Below, piece by piece: positions 60,036 to 64,000 of a stretch of 64,000 bases of DNA; the first letter of the stretch is position 1, and the number at the start of each line of letters is the position of its first letter. The translations under genes were made by a program, and so were the position numbers. The DNA lies in the NCBI GenBank assembly GCA_964016885.1, contig OZ024743.1:23932001-23996000 (forward strand), in the 5' to 3' direction. Source of the stretch: Eledone cirrhosa. Its lineage: Eukaryota. The notes under the pieces were generated by a model that ran no database searches, had not been told where the DNA came from, and saw nothing but the letters and a program-made list of their open reading frames with translations.

Positions 60036-61539
60036 CATAGCTAGTGTTCTGTATTCAAATCCTGTTAAAATCAAATTTACCTTTCATCCTTTCAAAGGTG
60101 TTCTAGCCATGATCATCCTTTATTTCTGTTTAGGGATAGTGTATCTAAGACTACATTATCCAATGTCATAGGCATGGCTTAGTGGTTAAGAAGTTTATTT
60201 TGCAATTATTGTGCCTTCATACATGTCCAGACTGAATCTCCCTGCGTGGATGTTTACCTGTTTTACATCTGGCCAAAGAATATAGCAAGTCTCACTCACT
60301 CAATATTATTCTAGAGGACTGCAGGTCTGGTGAAGAAGCATTGAACAAGGTATTTAAATGCAGGGTTGACTAATACAAGTGAGGGATTCATTCCCTACTA
60401 GAGAAAACTTATAATAGTTGATCAGATAAAGCATTTCCTTGCCATAGATATCAATCGGTGGATTGGCAGTATCGGTAGAGGGTCGGTCTCCATGCTTTCC
60501 AGCATAGAGTTACGTCCTTTTACGGACTGAGTTCCAATCCCGCCGAGGTTAACTTTGCCTTTCATCCTTACGGGGTTGATAAAATAAAGTACCAGTAATG
60601 TGCCAAAAGTAGAAACAATTATTATTGTGGGACATGAGGGTGGTGAATTGGCAAAATTGGTAGAATATTGAATAAAATATCATTGTGGTATTTGTTCCAA
60701 CTGTTTACATTCTGAGTTCAAATCCCAAGAATATCAGATTTGTCTTTCATCCTTCTGTGGTCGATAGAATAAAGTACCAGTCAATACTGGAGTTGATTTC
60801 ATCAACGTTTTCCTTTCCCCAAATTAGCTGGCTTTGCTCCTAATTTAGAAATCATTATTATAATGTGGGACATGCTCTAAAATGTATGATTTTATAAATG
60901 TATTTTACATTTTAAAGATGATCGTTTTGTTGTTGAAGGAAATTTGGTTATCTTGAACATATTGAGAGAATATGTAGAATCTTCTTTGTTAGTTCAACAC
61001 TATTTTAGTTAACTTAAAGGATAAAGAATCATATTCAGTGTTCTATTTATTTTCTATGTTCCTATTTCTACTTTTCCAGATATTGTTCGAAGTGGTACAT
61101 TCACTGAGGTATTGCAGGTTGATTACAAAGGATATCAAAATAAATTTGTTGTTAAGCAGTTAAAAGACTTCCCAGATTCTCATTACTATTTACAGGTTTG
61201 TTTTACTTAGCATCTTTTAAAACATTTTCTCTAAAGCAGCAAATTGGTAGAATCATGAATACATCAGACAAAATGCATTCTCATAGCTAGTGTTCTGTAT
61301 ACAAATCCTGCTAAAATCAAATTTGCCTTTCATCCTTTCAAAGGTGTTCTAGCCATGATCATCCTTTATTTCTGTTTAGAGATAGTGTATCTAAGACTAT
61401 ATTATCCAATGTCATAGGCATGGCTTAGTGCTTAAGAAGTTTATTTTGCAATTATTGTGCCTTCATACATGTCCAGACTGAATCTCCCTGTGTGGATGTT
61501 TACCTGTTTTACATCTGGCCAAAGAATATAGCAAGTCTC
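60036..61539. repeat. 258-bp direct duplication (60036-60293 and 61282-61539) flanking JAK exon 7
   Basis: Both copies read CATAGCTAGTGTTCTGTA...GAATATAGCAAGTCTC with only a few substitutions. Confidence 0.92.
61080..61195 (+). CDS. JAK: JAK-like gene, coding exon 7 (start of JH2 pseudokinase)
   Basis: ttccag|AT...CAG|gtttgt. IVRSGTFTEV...FVVKQL versus recalled JAK2 JH2 LGQGTFTKI...VLLKVL. Phase 1 to 0; the gene continues beyond the window. Confidence 0.9.
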
Positions 61540-62192
61540 TCACACACAATCGTAGCAGCCATGCACGGTCTCACATGGTACAGCTTTCAGACAAAAGAGA
61601 GGCCAAAATTCCCCTTGCTTCCAGCAAGACCTCCCCTGCACTTTTGGCACCCTAGCCCCACAACCATCTTGTATGTCTTTTTAGGTATAGTGTATCTAAG
61701 ACTATATTATCCAATGTTGTAGGCATGGATGGCTTAGTGGTTAATAAGTTTGTTTTGCAATCATGGGTCTCTGGGTTTGATCCCACTGTATGACATCATA
61801 GACCTGTGTCTTTTTCTATCACCTGTGGTTGAGCCAAGACTTATGAATAAAATTGGCTACATGGAAAATGTATGGATAGATTGTACTTGTAACTCAAAAG
61901 TTCAGCCTTGTCACATGTGTGTGTGACAGCTCACACCTATGCAGGTTTAGCTGCCCTCCTCCAAGGTATATCTCGTTGGAGGTGTCTTGGGTAATTTAAT
62001 AATAGGGACCCCAGTCCTATCATCTCATTTCTACAGCTGAGTAAACTGGAGCAACGTGAAATAAAGTGTTTTGCTCAAGGAAACAACACATCACCTGGTC
62101 CGAGAATTGAACTCATAACCTTTCGATTGGAAGCCCAATTCTCTAACCACTAAGCCATGCGCCTTCACTGTATCACATGTGTCATACTGATT

Positions 62193-63925
62193 CATCATCA
62201 TCATCATCATCACCGTTTTACGTCCGTTCTTCCACGCTAGCATGGGTTAGACGGGTTGTCCTGTTGTGTGCAGTGTCTGGTCGGCTGACCATGCCTTGCT
62301 CATACAGGAACTGATCTGGCTTGATTTCTACAGCTGGATGCCCTTCCTAACACCAACCTCATTTACAGTGAGTGCTGGGTGCTTTTTCGTGGCGCCTACA
62401 CATCCACTTTACAGTGTGGGCTGGGTGCTTTTTTGCCGTGGCACCTCCACGACCACCTTGCGGTGGGGGGTGCGGGGGCATATTGTTTATATGCTTCAGC
62501 ATGTACCCATGGGAGGTTGGGTACCCTGTATTACTGCGTGACGCCAGAAGTCACGGTCGTGTGTCATTGTCTTTGAGAGGTGTAATTGGGTAAGGTCGGC
62601 TTTTATCACCTCATCCCAGGTCATCTTGGGTCTCCCCACTCCGCGGTTTCCATCAACTTCTAGTGCTCTGCACCTTTTTATGCAGCTGTCATCCTTCATA
62701 CGTATCACATGTCCATACCAGCGCAACCGCCTCTCCTGCACACAGCATTTGATTCCTCTTATGCTCAGTCTCTCTCTCAATTCATTTATGCTTTGTCGTT
62801 CATGTATATTACTGTTACACATCCATCGGAGCATGCAGGTTTCGTTTCTCTCTAATCTACATAAGTCTTCCACCTTCAGCGCCCAGGTCTCACTACCATG
62901 CAACATCGCTGTTCGGATACACGCATCATACAGTCTGCCTTTCATTCTGAGGGAGAAGCCTTTTGCAGCTAGCAGTGGTAGTAGTTCCCTAAACTTCTTT
63001 CATCCTGTTCTTACCCTAGTTATTGTACTTTCTGAACACCCACCTCCGTTGCTAATTCGGTCACCTAGGTAGCAGAAGCTGTCTACTGTTTCTACAGGGC
63101 CCTCCCAGAGATTGGTGGTACTTGTTTCCTGTGGCTGTTTGCTGCTTGCTGTTTCAGCACAGCTGCTGCATGTGAATCCTACATTCTTAATTAAGCTTCC
63201 TGAGATCCCGCTACATCTCTTGTGTACCCATTGTTTGCATTTGGGGCAGAGAATGGAGTTCCTACCTACACCTTTCCTACATACTGAGCAAGGCCATTTC
63301 CCTGACCTTAGTCTTTGTCATGTTGACTTTGAGACCCTTTCTCTCTAGTCCCTGCTTCCAGGTTTGGAATTTATTCTCTAGTTCTATCATAGATTCAGCT
63401 ATGAGTGCGAGGTCATCAGCATACAGGAGTTCCCATGGGCATCCGGTCTTAAATTCCTCCGTTATTGCCTGCAGGACTATGATGAACAGGAGAGGGCTAA
63501 GAACAGAGCCCTGGTGGACCCCAACCTGTACGCTAAATTCCTCGCTATACTCATTGCTAATCCTAACTTTGCTGACTGCTCCCCTATACATGGCTTGTAC
63601 CGCTTTCACAAGCCATTCATCTACTCCTAGTTTTCTAAGAGCCCACCAGATTACAGCACGTGGAACTCTGTCAAAGGCTTTCTCAAGGTCGACAAATGCC
63701 CAGTAGAGTGGCTTACTTTTAGCTAGGTACTTTTCCTGTAATTGCCTCACAAGGAAGAGGGCATCAGTGGTGCCTCTTCCTGGTACAAACCCAAATTGCA
63801 TCTCGTCTATATTCACCCGGTCCCTAATCAGCTATGCTATAACTTTTTCTGTTACTTTCATGACCTGGTCCATCAACTTTATACCTCTATAGTTTCCTCT
63901 ATCTAGTGCGTCGCCTTTGCCTTTG
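62193..63925 (-). mobile_element. 5'-truncated family A RTE with a 38-bp internal deletion
   Basis: Near-identical to 2139-3907. Bases equivalent to 3249-3286 are missing at about 63305, causing a frameshift. Confidence 0.95.
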
Positions 63926-64000
63926 AGAATTTCATTAAGGGTACATGTTCCTGTGGAACACTTAGCCACTTAGACATTCATTTAATGAGTAATTTAGCTG

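Noticed and set aside
63880-63925. Two RTE copies truncated within about 30 bp of the same position (also 10952)
   Set aside because: Only two events, from different families; other copies truncate elsewhere, so coincidence suffices.

Overview
AT-rich, microsatellite-dense animal genomic DNA. The SINE/LINE repertoire looks like octopus (inference, not verified). Two spliced host genes lie on the + strand, and I rebuilt both from in-frame GT-AG exons. The first is the last three coding exons of IFT27/RABL4 (12128-15756). The second is the 5' part of a divergent Janus kinase gene (7 coding exons, 42642-61195, covering FERM, SH2-like and the start of the pseudokinase; it continues past the window). 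The rest is layered mobile DNA: a BovB-like RTE with three C-terminal C2H2 fingers; two related RTE families with a PHD finger inserted inside the reverse transcriptase (one apparently full-length intact copy at 2139-5858); CR1, Tx1/L1, R4/Dong-like and Expander-like LINE remnants; Penelope-like remnants with hammerhead ribozymes; a rearranged Gypsy element; solo LTRs; mariner, hAT, Merlin, Helitron and piggyBac-type remnants; and many tRNA-derived SINEs. The most notable observations are the PHD-in-RT RTEs, a candidate Tx1-SINE partnership with clustered insertion, and a hammerhead whose predicted cleavage site coincides with the start of an adjacent inverted copy. All calls were made by eye, and repeat boundaries are approximate.
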